A DNA stretch of 63,991 bases, filler included, from Neolecta irregularis DAH-3 (Eukaryota), in assembly GCA_001929475.1 (NCBI GenBank). It is 9 parts of 9 records of this genome, joined end to end, with 100 filler letters (N's around TTAATTAATTAA, not from the genome) between each part and the next. Parts side by side here need not be neighbours in the genome. Positions count along the whole stretch, not along the records: positions 27,939 to 38,092 come from LXFE01000474.1; positions 38,193 to 54,873 come from LXFE01000475.1; 7 more parts are not named here. One strand, given 5' to 3'. The notes beneath the pieces were generated by a model that searched no databases, was not told where the DNA came from, and saw nothing but the letters and a program-made list of their open reading frames with translations. The translations under genes and the position numbers were made by a program. Positions within the stretch are counted from its first letter, which is position 1; every line of letters starts with the position of its first letter. Below, in pieces: positions 35,341-48,130 of the stretch.

Positions 35341-37101
35341 ATGATTCTCGAAAAAGACAGCGCTGCACAGGTCCTGCTCGACATGAGACAGAACAGATCG
35401 TCGACTCCTCCAGAGGAAGAGTCCAGCACCATGCTCGGCGATGTCTCGCCAACCTCGGGCCTCGCACAATCCCGTTATTCCGGCCAGTGTGTCCAATCAG
35501 ACTATGCCATGGCAGCATCCAGCTACGACTCTCAGATGAGACATTCTCCGAACTCGCAGCACAATGGTTCGTCTGGCGCAGATGATAACCCCGGCTACAA
35601 ACGGAGAACACGCAAGAACACCACCCGGGCTTGCACAAACTGCAGAAAAGCCCGCCAAGGATGCGATGGTATGCTTCTTTCCGTTCCAGACAGACCAATG
35701 GGTCTATTCCTGCAATTCCGATCACGAGAATCCTGTATCTTGTCGAGGCTAACCCTGAAAGATGGAAGGCCATGCAAACGATGCGTTGTCTATGGCAAAT
35801 CTCACACATGCGAGGATGCTGAGCACAAGAACCGAGGCCGTCCGCGGAATGAAGTCTCCTCTCGCCATCATCCGTATTTTGATAGCAGCTCGAATATAAA
35901 CCATCATCCAGAGAAACACATGAGCTCATCAGCTTGCTCATCAGCTTCGGCCACGGCTCGCTCTTTCATCGACTCGCCAACAATACACGCCATTTGTACC
36001 ACGCTCGACTTTACCTGTGCATCCACGACGCCTACCATCCGAGCTCTTTTGGGCTTTTATCCTCAGGAAATTGAAGGTCGATCGTTCAAAGAGTTCATTC
36101 ACGACGAAGACCTTGAACTGTTCACCCGGCTCGCTGCCGCTCTGCAACAGACTAGACTATCGAAGCCGGATTCGTATTTTACAGCTAATTGTCTCGAACT
36201 CCAAAAGCGCGGTGAAACAGTGTTCTCTGGACTTGCATCAAGCATGCCTGTGACTACCGAGACTCTCCGTCTTCGACATGCAGATGGAACTTTTCTTCTC
36301 ATCACCATCAAAGTCGTTCTCACAGGTCGCGGCAATGCTAAAGATATTGCGTTGGCAGACTGCATCGTCATTCAGCTTGTCCGAACCGAATATCTTCCTG
36401 CCAATAGGTCACCGCTTCCTGCTGCACGACCTATTACCACTCTGTCTCTTTCTCCAGAGGGATCTCCAAAGTTCAGCCCGCATGCCAATCCGAAACTAAG
36501 TCCGCCTTTTTACCAGAATGCACAGTTTCCTCCAGCTTCGCCACATCAAGAACGTGTCCCTCATCCTTTTTTCGATGGCAGCCCTCGTGCCTCCATGTCT
36601 TCGCAATCCGCTTTTGGGAAACAGCTACCGCCTCTAAACTCCCATTTCCCCGAATATCCTCGTAGGCGCTCGTCGTATATCCAGCCTCAGTTTTCAAATC
36701 CTTCTTGGCCACCCACCCACCGCGTCTCGGACTGCTCATCGACCGGACCGCGAAGTTCAGTATCAACAACTATTACAGCCCCAGACTCTCGCCCTGGTTC
36801 TCTCAGTTTTGCTAAAAGTCCGTCCTCTGTTCACGGCTCTCTCCACTCTACTCTCCCACGTGGTAATCCAACGAGCCTCTTTTTAAACTGGGAACCGATA
36901 TCGAGGAATAATAGTACAACAAATAACAACCCATATCAGGGACTATTTGGTAATCGTAATGAATCAATATCCCTGCCTCCGCTCAGTGAACCAAATGACA
37001 GTCTTCGTGACCGTTGTCTATCGTCTTCGTCGAGAGATATTCTGCCGCCTTTAAGTTTCAATCCTGCACCTGCTCCGGTACTCACATTTCCATTAGACTG
37101 A
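35341..37101 (+). CDS. Zn(II)2Cys6 transcription factor with PAS-like domain
   Basis: RACTNCRKARQGCD[93-nt intron]DGRPCKRC...C..EHKNRGRPR, and PAS-like LLGFYPQEIEGRSFKEFIHDEDL...RLRHADGTF. Confidence 0.85.
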   Translation: MILEKDSAAQVLLDMRQNRSSTPPEEESSTMLGDVSPTSGLAQSRYSGQCVQSDYAMAASSYDSQMRHSPNSQHNGSSGADDNPGYKRRTRKNTTRACTNCRKARQGCDGMLLSVPDRPMGLFLQFRSRESCILSRLTLKDGRPCKRCVVYGKSHTCEDAEHKNRGRPRNEVSSRHHPYFDSSSNINHHPEKHMSSSACSSASATARSFIDSPTIHAICTTLDFTCASTTPTIRALLGFYPQEIEGRSFKEFIHDEDLELFTRLAAALQQTRLSKPDSYFTANCLELQKRGETVFSGLASSMPVTTETLRLRHADGTFLLITIKVVLTGRGNAKDIALADCIVIQLVRTEYLPANRSPLPAARPITTLSLSPEGSPKFSPHANPKLSPPFYQNAQFPPASPHQERVPHPFFDGSPRASMSSQSAFGKQLPPLNSHFPEYPRRRSSYIQPQFSNPSWPPTHRVSDCSSTGPRSSVSTTITAPDSRPGSLSFAKSPSSVHGSLHSTLPRGNPTSLFLNWEPISRNNSTTNNNPYQGLFGNRNESISLPPLSEPNDSLRDRCLSSSSRDILPPLSFNPAPAPVLTFPLD

Positions 37102-37988
37102 CTAGCTCATTGCTGACCATACAGGAATCCTTTATTAGAAAAAGTTCAACTCCTCAAGATCATCGTTCCTCTCTTACCCTTCCTCCGATCAATGTCCCCC
37201 CTTCATAAATCTCTCATTGTTAGATGACTTCCATCACATTCTTTCTAAATGTATAATTTGGTTGTTTTTATCGTGTCGGAGGGGAGTTTACTTCAATTGA
37301 CTAGTTTTGTACTGTATATTCTGTTATTAAGACACTGGAAGTTATATCATGATTGTTCTTTGTAGTCCGTCGTCTTCCATGCAATTCGTCTTCAAACATG
37401 CCTTTGCTAACCACAAGCTTTGTGGAAAGAGGATTTGATGCTAGAACTAGTATTCCTGGGTTCCCCGTCGCTCTTTCGCGATCCGTTGTTAGTCAAATGT
37501 TGAAGCAAACTGAACGGAAATGAGCAGTTCATTAATTGTATGTCATAAAGACCAACTAGTCAGCCTGGCTATAGGGAACCTCCGTACAACGCATTCATCC
37601 TTATTACGAACCCAACTGGTGGCCAAAATTAATTTGTATGAGGTTTTTTTCACCATGATAGAACGAATCCGCCTAATAACGAACTCAACACCCTTGAACG
37701 CCCCATTCGTTATAAGCAAGTTCGACTGTGTTTCTCTTTCTCCAAGTCCAGTGCCATATTTATCTGCCTCATCCTTAACCAGTTTGAGTAACAAAGTCTC
37801 AACCGGTCTCAACCTCGGTCCGTCTAACACTTGCAGTTAACGGGAATGGCATACAATTGGATTTACCCAAAAAGTCTTCAAGGGCATGTTTCGCAAAATT
37901 ATTTTTCTTCAACTAGCGCATTGTGTTCGAGTCGCAACAAAAGTCTCCACGAGTTATACACAACACGCAGCATACAACAACTCACATA

Positions 37989-38072
37989 ATGTTACCAAAA
38001 CTCTTCTTCATCATCGGACTTTATCCTTTTCTATGTTCAGCAATAGAGCTCGAGGGTTTCAAAGACGTTACA
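37989..38072 (+). CDS. Probable first exon of a secreted protein, truncated by the linker
   Basis: MLPKLFFIIGLYPFLCSA signal-like peptide followed by a GTGAGT donor. Confidence 0.35.
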
Positions 38073-38092
38073 GGTGAGTTGAAACACTCTCA

Positions 38093-38192
38093 NNNNNNNN
38101 NNNNNNNNNNNNNNNNNNNNNNNNNNNNNNNNNNNNTTAATTAATTAANNNNNNNNNNNNNNNNNNNNNNNNNNNNNNNNNNNNNNNNNNNN
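38093..38192. other. Artificial contig linker
   Basis: N-TTAATTAATTAA-N. Confidence 0.97.
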
Positions 38193-38430
38193 TTCCACTT
38201 CTGATTCATACTTATATATTTGAAAGTCACACCTGGATATATGCCATGGTGGTATAAAGAAGACTTATGATAAGGTTAATAAGTGGGTATATGGGATCAC
38301 TAAAGAAGATGTGGATTGGTTAATGCCGCACTGCCTTGAGTGTCAGATGAATGCGTTGAATAGGTGGTGGTGAGGTTGGTGGAGGACGGTCACAGATTTG
38401 GTGAAGTTGGGCGATTCCACAGGTGGGACA
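38193..38430 (+). mobile_element. Mini-element with integrase HHCC zinc-finger remnant, copy B
   Basis: Translates HLDICHGGIKKTYDKVNKWVYGITKEDVDWLMPHCLECQ (H-X4-H-X28-C-X2-C) and has the same terminus as copy A. Confidence 0.75.
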
Positions 38431-39173
38431 GAACAAATGTTATATTGAAAGTCTTTTGGTTTTATAGACGAATAGCAATGACTGATGAAAAATACTGTCT
38501 GCCAGTAGGCTTGGGATATTTTAGTGAGAAATATTTCATTTTGAGGTCTCCCGAATCTGTGTTTCAAGTAGCTAATGGTGAAACAAGTTTGTAGACTATC
38601 GAAATTCGAAATGACATGGTTTTGGTAGGGATGTAATCATGTAGAATTCTTCAAGAAAAACTCCGGAAATTTTGTGTAACACGGGAGCAGGAAAGGGCAA
38701 GATTGAATAGGCTTAATGGAATGGCGGAGGATAATGTATAGGGGTTTACATGGTGACCCATCTGGAACAAGAGATTGTTGACAATCAATGCAATTATGAA
38801 TGCAGGACCAAAAAAGGGGGTGTTTGTTAACCAACTTGTTTCGCATTCGCCATTTTCTAGTCAGTTTTATGCTGATATTGATCAGATTTGCACTCGGTGA
38901 AAATGAACAACTAATGTTCTAAGGGAAAAAGGACTCATGTACCTCGTCGATTAGATTTTTGAACTATTTGATTAGACTTAATTAGACCCAACCCGATCTG
39001 CAATCGATACCAAAAGTATCTACTATTGAATTATTCCTCGTCTTTATCTGACTTGCAACTCATTGAATCTGCATAAAGGAATGTCCAAGAAAGGCAAATT
39101 AAACATAGCAAGAATAGGTAATGTTGACCAGAAATTGCTTGCACAATGCAAAATTGAGAAAATCCGCTCAAGC

Positions 39174-41215
39174 TCACATCCCAAGCCCAAATTCTCCACC
39201 AAACAACCCCTGATTTGACAGTGCAGAATCAGGATATCCGAAGCAAGCTTGGGCATCTGAAGCAGAGATGCCATGCTGAGTACATGCAGCATTGTTCATT
39301 CCAGTAAACTACAATGTCAGTAATAATGTGCAAAGATGAAGAGTACCCATATGAATGGGGTCTCAGTAGCGATCAACGGACCTTCAGTAGATGGAAATTC
39401 AAAGTGGCCTTCATCTTCATCATTTGAATCATCTAACCGACCTCGAAGATAAGTCAGGACTAGTCTCGTTCGTTGAGGCAAGACGTATTTGATATGCTCG
39501 CTACTCATACTAAACATATCGACACAAGACCAGTCCTCTGCGTTTTTACTGTTCTTTTGGCGGAGATGATTAGCGATGAGAAGAGCAGCAATGCAAGCGG
39601 TTTCAATTATAAATTTCGATATTATAGGATTCATAGGACGACCTCGGCGAAGGTATGCAAAATACGTCTCTAAAGTTTTTCTAGAAACCTCAATCACTTG
39701 AAGTTTTGATTTGTGGTATTTGGCTTCCGATTTCTGGGCATATGGTTGATGGAGCGAAATTGAATGTCGAGCAGCCATCATCTCAAGGTAGCATCCTTGA
39801 CTTTCGTCGATAGCTGTCCAAGTGGTTTGAGAGGCTTGGATGGCGGCATCCAAGCTACAGAGTTGCTGGTAAGAGGTTGGTCTCTCGAGCTTGTAGAAGG
39901 AATAAACGTGGCGGATAAAGTTGAAGCGTTTATGGGAAGTGAGGTCTTGATGATATTCATTCACTTCATCCTGTTGAGATACAGATGGAAGGCCACTGCG
40001 TAGTGAGGCAAACCTCGGATATTAGTTGCAATTCCAGGAAAATTAGTACTGATCAAGATTATAAACGCAGAGCCAGACTTGTCGTCGGACTTTACAGCTA
40101 GCCACATCGAGCTGCAGTATTTCAGGGTCTTGGTGAAGACCAAGAGCCTTGGCAATTTGAACGGTGAACCCAATTGTACTACCATATTCTAGAATATTAG
40201 CCCTCTTGAAGGTCAAAAAGGAGCATGACCTCGAAACATGTCATAATATTGCTGAACGAGCACCAATGCTTGGACAGTCTCAAATGTGTATTCAGTGACG
40301 AATTTCCCGATAAGAAGGGATTCTTCGGCGGCCATGATTAGCTTATCGGCGTATTCGTTTATGTTGACAGCAGGATATAGAACGAGATCAGGGGTCACTC
40401 TGAGTGCGATTGCAAGAACAGAGAAAAGAGTTGGAAGCCAAGTGACTTCAACAGCCTTCATGTCCCTCCAGAAGGAATCGTAAGTATGAACGAAGGCCGA
40501 GGTGTTGAGTACCGGACAAAAGGTATCGAATGATTTGATGTAGCTTTCAACCAAAATATCAGTAACCTGACGATCGGGTAACGCTTCCAAAAGGTGAGTG
40601 ATTCCTGTAGAGCGGATGGGAGAGAATGGGAAATTAATAAGAGCAGAAGAGATTTCTGTGGGGGAAAGCGAGTAAGAGATCTGGGATTCATCAAGCTTGA
40701 GGTCAACTGGATGGTCGAGATGGTGAAGATACCTCGGCAAGAAGGCCATCCAGCGATATTATTGTTCTGTAGCGCGTCTTTCCATCAAAGTAATCGAGTC
40801 GGCCAGGGATACACGGGTACTCCACATCGGTCTCATCCTCCACCTCGCAGTCTTCGTGTTCATGAGTATCATGGCACGGAGGTTCGTCGGTGACAGAGCC
40901 TTGGGTCTTTAGATCGTCAATCTCGGCTTTTAAAGCCATAATTTGAATTTCAAGCTCCCGAGTATCAACTCGAATGATGGAAGATCTAAACGGTTAAATA
41001 TCCCACGGAGAGCAGGAAAGGAGAACTTACGGATCTTCAAAGTTGCAGGTTACTTTTCGCCGAGAACAACTTGAGCAAGGATGCATTCGGTTGCATTTGA
41101 GCTTTCGTTTACGGCATTGCGTACAACTCAAGGAAGTCCTTTTACGTTTCTTGGAGATACGGTTGGTATTTCTGGTTTCCGATGCCATGCTGTTCACAAT
41201 CGTTTGAGGCGGCAT
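39174..41215 (-). CDS. Zn(II)2Cys6 transcription factor with fungal-specific TF domain, multi-exon
   Basis: KRKRTSLSCTQCRKRKLKCNRMHPCSSC...C, and LPDRQVTDILVESY...PVLN...F...Y..FW...LFSVLAIA...ETVQAL. Confidence 0.88.
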
Positions 41216-41869
41216 TGTCTGTGAAAGGATGGCCACGTTATAAAGAGGTCTGCGAATTGGGTGCAAAGAACGACGGCAGGGGCTTTGAGAGATAGCCAGG
41301 AAAAGAGAGTATATTCCGGAGGGATTTCCTCAGGATCGTATATATAAAGAAGGGATACCGCAGCACAGAAGACATTCCGGCAGAAGCGTTTTGATGTGTT
41401 TGGTATGTCAGACCTGGGTCGAGAGAATACACTCAAAGGTTTGTTAAGCGCGCAGACCGCGTCTGCGCATGGATCCAGACGTGCTAGCTGGCTTCGAGCA
41501 GAGTTCCTGTGCCTTGGAGTCGAACAAAGTCACAGTACAACTGGCCATCCCATCGCTGTAGAGTAGTCAACCAATAGTAATCCTTTGCAGCAGGTCACAT
41601 ACAGATAACTACCCAGCTTCAGAAAACAAGGCATGCAGTGCCATAATGTGACTGTTCCATAATTGCATGACCTCAGGAGGTTAAAATCCTTCACGGTCAT
41701 GTTGGTTTTGCGTCATTTAGGTTCGACAATCGCAGAAATAAAAACTTGAGATCTTAACCCTGCTGTGCCAGCACGTACCCTTTCATCTCCATAATATACT
41801 CCACACACATCGCCCATCAGATAAGCGCTATGATAGTGTATCATTTTCGTATGACACACCCATAGTAAA

Positions 41870-42494
41870 CTAAAAGTAGGTATCTTCTGGCTCTACTATG
41901 ACTTTTTCCCCATCTTGCCGAACGCTCTGCTTCCATTTATCACTCTTCAATGGTTTCCGCATATCCCAAGCATTTTCCTCTGCGCCCTTGCTTCCGCTGT
42001 AGTATCCGCGTACAGTGCGATATACTGAGTAGCCTAAATTCCTGTACAACTTGACCGCAAGCACATTGCTCGGACGAACGAAGAGATCGACAAAGTGACA
42101 ATTCTCACTATCGCCGACAGATTCGAAGTCATCCATCATTTTCCTTGCCAGGCCTAAACGACGATATTCAGGTGCAATCGTAAGAGCTGTGACGTGAGCA
42201 TGCCACTCTTTGCTTCGGCCTTCGGTCTTCCCCATTACTAAATCAAGTCAGGTTAGTGATTCCAATGCTCCTGTAGTATACAGTATCCCATCAATGGCCC
42301 AGTATGGGACTCTTGAATCGTAAACAAGGAAGGCCAATCTGTAAGATAGTTTAAGTAAAATGAAAGACTATAAGTTTCGGTCAAGGGATCTAGGTTACTG
42401 TTGTTTAAGCTTGATAGATTTCTTCATTCGGGATAGAGTACATGTTATTGAAATTAAAAAGATCTAGAGCTGAAAATCGGCGTAATTGTGACAT
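41870..42494 (-). CDS. nat3: N-terminal acetyltransferase B catalytic subunit (Nat3/Naa20), multi-exon
   Basis: MSQLRRFSALDLFNFNN, NLDPLTETY, GKTEG...WHAHVTALTIAPEYRRLGLA, FVDLFVRPSN. Confidence 0.95.
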
Positions 42495-43117
42495 CTGTCG
42501 TTACTTCGTCGCTTGTTCGTCGATTAAAAAGAAGTCAAGATGCCAACTAAGCTATGAAATTTACAATATACATGAAGAAATATTTGATATGTAAAGAATA
42601 AATATATCTTTAAAGAGAACTGGCATCATTGTGAAGGGTCTTGAATTGAAGGGGGTTAGAGCCTCAAATTATAGTTCCTAAGCGAAGAAAAAGAAGACGC
42701 AGTTTTCTCATAATATTCAATGTTTTTTAAATCGTATCTTGTAGGTCTTTGTTAGGCTAGCGCACTATCTTTCCTAGCATTGACAAAATATTTTTATAAC
42801 TGCTGTGGAATTAGATTATCCTGAGATAAAATCTGCTCGAGGTAAGCCTTGCTATATCAACTACAGCAGAGGCTGTCACAGACAGCGCAAACCACGATGC
42901 TTTGATTAAGGCTAGTGATTGCGAGTCTGACATCTAAAGGACAGGGTTACAAGAACACGTCCTATAAAAACAATGAGATACTTTTTCGTCTATGAAGTCT
43001 TATAATAACTAAAGTTACAGAGCAGACTGCGACCCCAATCACAAAGTGAAACCACAAGATCCTAACGACATAACGAAAATTTAGGTAGATCCTATTCTTA
43101 AGACGTATTAAGTGTTC

Positions 43118-45009
43118 TTAGAAGGTTGTCTTCTTTCCAGCAAAAGAAGAACCGCCTCGATTTCCTCCAAATCCGCCTCGAGAACTTCCCCGACCGCCGC
43201 GGAAACCACCACGACCACGACCACCTGGAATATTATCGAATGTAAAGATCATAGTGTGATACCTCTGTCATTGAAGCCTCCTCGACCTCCTCGAGCACTG
43301 AATCCGCCGGAATCTCGACGATTGAAACCTCCGGACTGACGCCTGTCACCACCGTCTCCGTTATAGGTTTTGGGAGCAGAGTAGTCTAATCGACAAGCGC
43401 GGCCGGCAATATAGTGACCGTTCATTTCAATAGCTTTCTGGGCTTCTTCTACTGACGAGAATTGAACATAGCCAAATCTAAAGTCATCAATGAGCTTCTC
43501 GAATTTCATAATACCCCTTGGGTTTTCCACTGTCTGGGAAAGTAGGTAATCGGCAACTCAAAATTTCACCACAACTGGCGAACACACTGCGAACAGCATC
43601 CTCATCAGCGTCAAAACTGAGATTTCCAATGAAAAGCGTATCAGAGGGCTCACTGATCTTGTCTCCGTACTTGTTGGCTCGGTCGTTGGGGGTTCGCTCC
43701 GCTCGTGGAAGAGAAAAATCAACGTTGACTGGTCGCCCATCGATTTCCTTTCCAGCCATACCTTTGAGGGCTTTTCTTGCTGATTCGATATCAGCGAATT
43801 CGACATATCCGAATCTAGGGCATTGAGGGGCATGAATGAAAGAAATTGTACCCTTTAGATTTTCCGTCATCTCGCAGGACAATTCGGCATCCAGAAATTT
43901 CACCGAATTTCTCGAATTCTGATTTCAGCCAGGCTTCGTCCACATTCCATGACAGTTGACCGACGAATAGATTGGTACTTTCGGTTGCAGAAGCTTCTGC
44001 TCCATTCGGTTTGGCTTTCTTGGCAGGCGTTTCAACAGCTGAATCGGCTTTTCGCTTTTTTGGTTCTTCAGAAACATCTGAGATTTCTTCGCCAGAAGTG
44101 GAGTCTTCAGAATCATCTTGGGAACTTTCATTGCTATTTTTATCGTTCTTCTCGGCAGCTGCAGCTTTAGACTTCGGCTTTTCCTGCAATGTTGGCGTTG
44201 AACAAGCGGAAGGTATACCTCTTCACTGTCCTCGTCGCTTGAGGAATCTGATGAGTCATTCTCTTTGGCAGCAGTAGATTTCTTGGAAACGCCATGGTCC
44301 TTGGTTAAACCCTTCTTAGCCCCAGAGTCACTCTCTTCTTCCAAAGAATCATCATCAGAAGACTCAGAATCTTCCATTTCTTTCTTGGCAGCCTTCCCCG
44401 CAGCAACAGTGGGTTTCCCAGTCTTTGAAGCAACATTCAGCACTTTTGAATTGGCATTCTTAACTGCCCTGGTCCCTTTGGCAACCATGCGATTATCTTC
44501 ACTCTCACTTTCATTCTCTGATGAAGAATCATCGTGTTTAGATTTTTTGGCTCCCTTCTTTGCGGAAGTATCATCCTCTGATGAGGAATCATCTTTTTTA
44601 GATTTCTTGGCACTATTCTTTGCGGAAGCATCATCCTCGTCCGACGAACCCTCGTCAGACGAGTCTTCAGCAAGAGCCTTCTTTGCGGCCTCTTTACCAG
44701 CCTTAGCGGCTTGGGCAACCTTTTTGTGAACTGTTTCTTCATCGGATGATGATGAACTATCCTCAGAATCGCTCTGTGATTCGGGGGTTGGCTCCTCATT
44801 ATAGTCAGTATTTGTGGAAAGAACAAAAGATTAAAATTGAAAATATGTACTTTGACAGGCTTTTTCTCTTTCTTTTTATCCTTTTTTTCAGCAATAGCGC
44901 TCTTCACGGCTTTCATCGCTTTCTCAACCTTGGCAGCGGGTTTCGAAATACCACCGTTCTTCGTAATGGGCTTCTCAGCCGTCTTGGTGCTTGTTTTTGA
45001 CTTTGCCAT
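43118..45009 (-). CDS. gar2: Nucleolin-like protein Gar2/Nsr1, multi-exon
   Basis: Lys-rich and acidic SSDEE repeats, two RRMs (LFVGQLSW...GFGYVEF; LFIGNLSF...FGYVQF) and an RGG tail ending FAGKKTTF*. Confidence 0.93.
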
Positions 45010-45459
45010 AATGAAGAAGGGTTGACGGAATTTCCGAAAAAAAGTTGAGGTTGAGTTGAGAAAAAAATCCTGAGGCGTAGACCTTTTATCAAACCAAATC
45101 GGCAACACCGACTGAAGTACCGTGTGCAAAGGATCACACAAACATCGCAGGAAACAAATGCAATGCATTTTCAGTAGTATTCAATGAGTGCAAATCTAGA
45201 TTGCGACAAAAAAAAGTCTATGTAAATAAAACAAATCCTCGATACATTAGGCGACACCTGTGAGCAAAATCATTCAAAGAATTTGGACATGGCCAGCAAG
45301 ATACTGTTCATTCAAGAGCATTGCACTTATCAAGCAAGGAGGCCGTGCTAGAAATCGAGAGAAAACTCAAGCGAAACGACCAGGTCGATGGGAATACACG
45401 CTTCGTTGGAAACATCAGTCTCGTTGAAGACATAATTGACAGAGAATACTAACATTCCA

Positions 45460-45918
45460 TCAGTATCCATACTCATAATATATGCAGGACGTACATCCCC
45501 CTTCCATTTCTTGAGCACAGAATGCAGCTTTGAGTTCATAAGTTAGAGAGTTTCCTATCTCGATTTTTTCGATGGCAAAGTCTGAATCCTTGTAACTGAG
45601 ATCGCCAAAAGCAAGATGCCCATAGGTATTTCCATAGTAGAGATAAGCAGATTTAGACGACTTTGTACACGACAAAAGGCCTTTATTGAGAGAGAATTGC
45701 TCCGGTGCTTGCGCAGCAGGATTCAAAACGGCAAAGACTGGGCTGTACTCAGAAAGCTGTTTGATTTCAAGGTAAGAGCCATGGAGTGGTCGACCAGCTG
45801 TGCAGGCTGCGCGGAGGTAAAATGCTTCTTCAACCAAGTCCAGAGAACGAGGGAGCAATGCTGCGAAGTTGATGCTGTTCGTGAGAAGCAATGCAAATGT
45901 GAAGATTCCCGATAGCAT
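45460..45918 (-). CDS. Small secreted hypothetical protein (152 aa)
   Basis: Signal peptide MLSGIFTFALLLTNSINFAA, intronless ORF, several Cys. Confidence 0.55.
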   Translation of the reverse strand: MLSGIFTFALLLTNSINFAALLPRSLDLVEEAFYLRAACTAGRPLHGSYLEIKQLSEYSPVFAVLNPAAQAPEQFSLNKGLLSCTKSSKSAYLYYGNTYGHLAFGDLSYKDSDFAIEKIEIGNSLTYELKAAFCAQEMEGGCTSCIYYEYGY

Positions 45919-47560
45919 GTTGGAGTGAATACAAGCGATTGATGATGGCAAACGAAGGAAATTGGTAGAAAAGACCAGAGTGGTAAAGAGGACTGGCGAG
46001 AACCCGTCGAGTTATAAAGGCAAATGGCCACCTAAAAAACACCGACTAGCCTACTCGCGGTCGCCGATGGAATTCTAGGACATCCCGCTATTATGAAACA
46101 TTGATTGGGATAGCGGTTTCGGCATGTCGCCGTGAACTTATTTCGTCACTGACACGCCTAGGCCAGGACAAGGATTATTTGATAGGAGCGTGGAACAAAT
46201 ACATGGCTTTAAAGCGAGTCCAGTGCGAATGTTGACAGTGGAAATTTAAGGTTCAGACTGGCGCGTGTGCATGAAGCAGTATATATAAGACGATCGGTGG
46301 TAGAACGTCCACTTTTTTCTCTGTTGCGGGTCACTGAAAGTCGAATTGAACACAATAGCGATTTAGGGATGAGAATCAGGTTACTTTCCATGCCCATGAA
46401 TGGTCAGGCTGATCGGCAAAGATACCATTGTCAAACGCGTGTGCTATCGATACCGAGCCGAATTTCATACGATCAACCTGCAGATGCCTGTGAAACTTCA
46501 CCTGCAGATTGTGAAACTCAACATGTATCGGATGAAAATTGAGATCAGCATCTTTTTCTCAGTGATCAGTGCGACAGGAAAGCAGGGGTTATAATTTGGT
46601 GTGCTTCAGGGCAATGAAATTGTACTGGATGATATTCCAGTCAGCATCGAACCTTATACCCAGTCGGGGCTCCATCATAAATAGCGAAAGAATAACCTGG
46701 AAACCCAATTATCGTGCAAGTCTTGGAATTCTGTCGCGTTGAACTTAATTCAGTTGACTCTATTTTTGATGCAAAGATTTATCGATGGTGCTACCCAATG
46801 AGGTAGGTCCAGAACCTCTTTTGAGAACTCTACCAACTCCCCAAATATGACTTGTGGTAAATTGGGTATAGGGTCGTTACTTTTTTGCAACGTAACTTGT
46901 ATCAAATCTTTGCATACAATATCCTGTGCCACTGGGAGGAATTCAAGTATTAGCGTTTCAAAGGCATTCCATGGGTTATGGGCTACATCCTTTAATTAGC
47001 AATACTTTCTTGAGCCTTCCAGGCGGAAGCATAAGACTGTCGATCAGCTCCGGAGATTGGAAATTTGACAGCTCTGTTGGTTCAAGCGGAGTTACATTAA
47101 GATGAGAATCATACAACTTACCCGAAAGACGAGCCTACAGTTCTACATTATTAATGAGATTAGATTAATCAAATTGATGCAGCAAGAAAATGTATATTCA
47201 CAGAACTAATTTCCTTCCTTGATATGCATCGATCGTATAGACCTGGTTTGAACATTACTCGATTCCCGCGCTTCGCAAACGAAGATGAAAAGAATGTCGA
47301 ATAAGGGTAATACCGAATATCACTGCTACGATCACTGAGACTTGTAAGCTGATAGGACAGATGGGAATCATGATATTCAATATCATTATTGCCGCAATTA
47401 AAATTGGTTACATCACTCTCCTCACATTTTGGGGAAAAGGGAATAGAGAGAGATAGATCGAGGACTTCGCAAAGCCTTTACTTATGCCACGAAGTTATTT
47501 TTGTTAATGGCCACGGAATTCAACTTTCAGTCTGAAGAATTCAAGAGACACTGTGTAAAC

Positions 47561-48088
47561 CTAACTGAGCGCTCTAATATATGTCCCCAGGCTTCTCTGA
47601 AATTGTTCGCACCGAATAGGCATTTCTATCTGATAAAACGGATTCTTCATAACATAATCTGCGTAAAGCTGGTAAGTCTGCTTCATGATCGTATCCATGT
47701 TCTGCTGACGAAGGTCTGCTATCAGCAGGAACTTGGTCCCTATATCAAATAAGATCGATAACGGTAACTACATGGAGGAATTTGAACCTGTAAGAGTCTG
47801 GAAGCATTGCAACCGAAAATGATTAGTTTCTAGGACTTCCAAGCCAGAAGAACCTGGGACTGGCGATATCTGGGCTGTAATTGCATGTACCCTATTGAAT
47901 GAAAGAAGTAAATAAAATGGAGGGCTACCCGTGGAATGTCCCTGCCAAGACAAGATACTCGTTAGAAGACAACTTGGACAGCCCAGGCGCAAAATCTTCC
48001 TGATAGACCAGACCTCCTGCCTGTAATTGGTCTCGTTTGTAGAAAAATACAATATTACCTTGTTGATAATATAAAGCGATAATATCAT
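47561..48088 (-). CDS. trs23: TRAPP complex subunit Trs23 (TRAPPC4/sybindin-like), 4 exons
   Basis: Spliced MILSLYIINK|AGGLVYQ...SSNEYLVLAGTFHG|VHAI...FQTLTG|TKF...YADYVMKNPFY..EMPIRC. Confidence 0.92.
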
Positions 48089-48130
48089 AGGAGTGATAAC
48101 CGGAGCGCGCCGCTACAATTCCATTTCGGG

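Noticed and set aside
37330-37973. Possible multi-exon minus-strand gene including ORF 37543..37830
   Set aside because: Plausible splice sites, but no recognisable family and no confident exon chain.
41450-41468. 8-bp inverted repeat GCGCAGAC-CGC-GTCTGCGC upstream of the Zn2Cys6 gene
   Set aside because: Short enough to arise by chance; no supporting motif knowledge.
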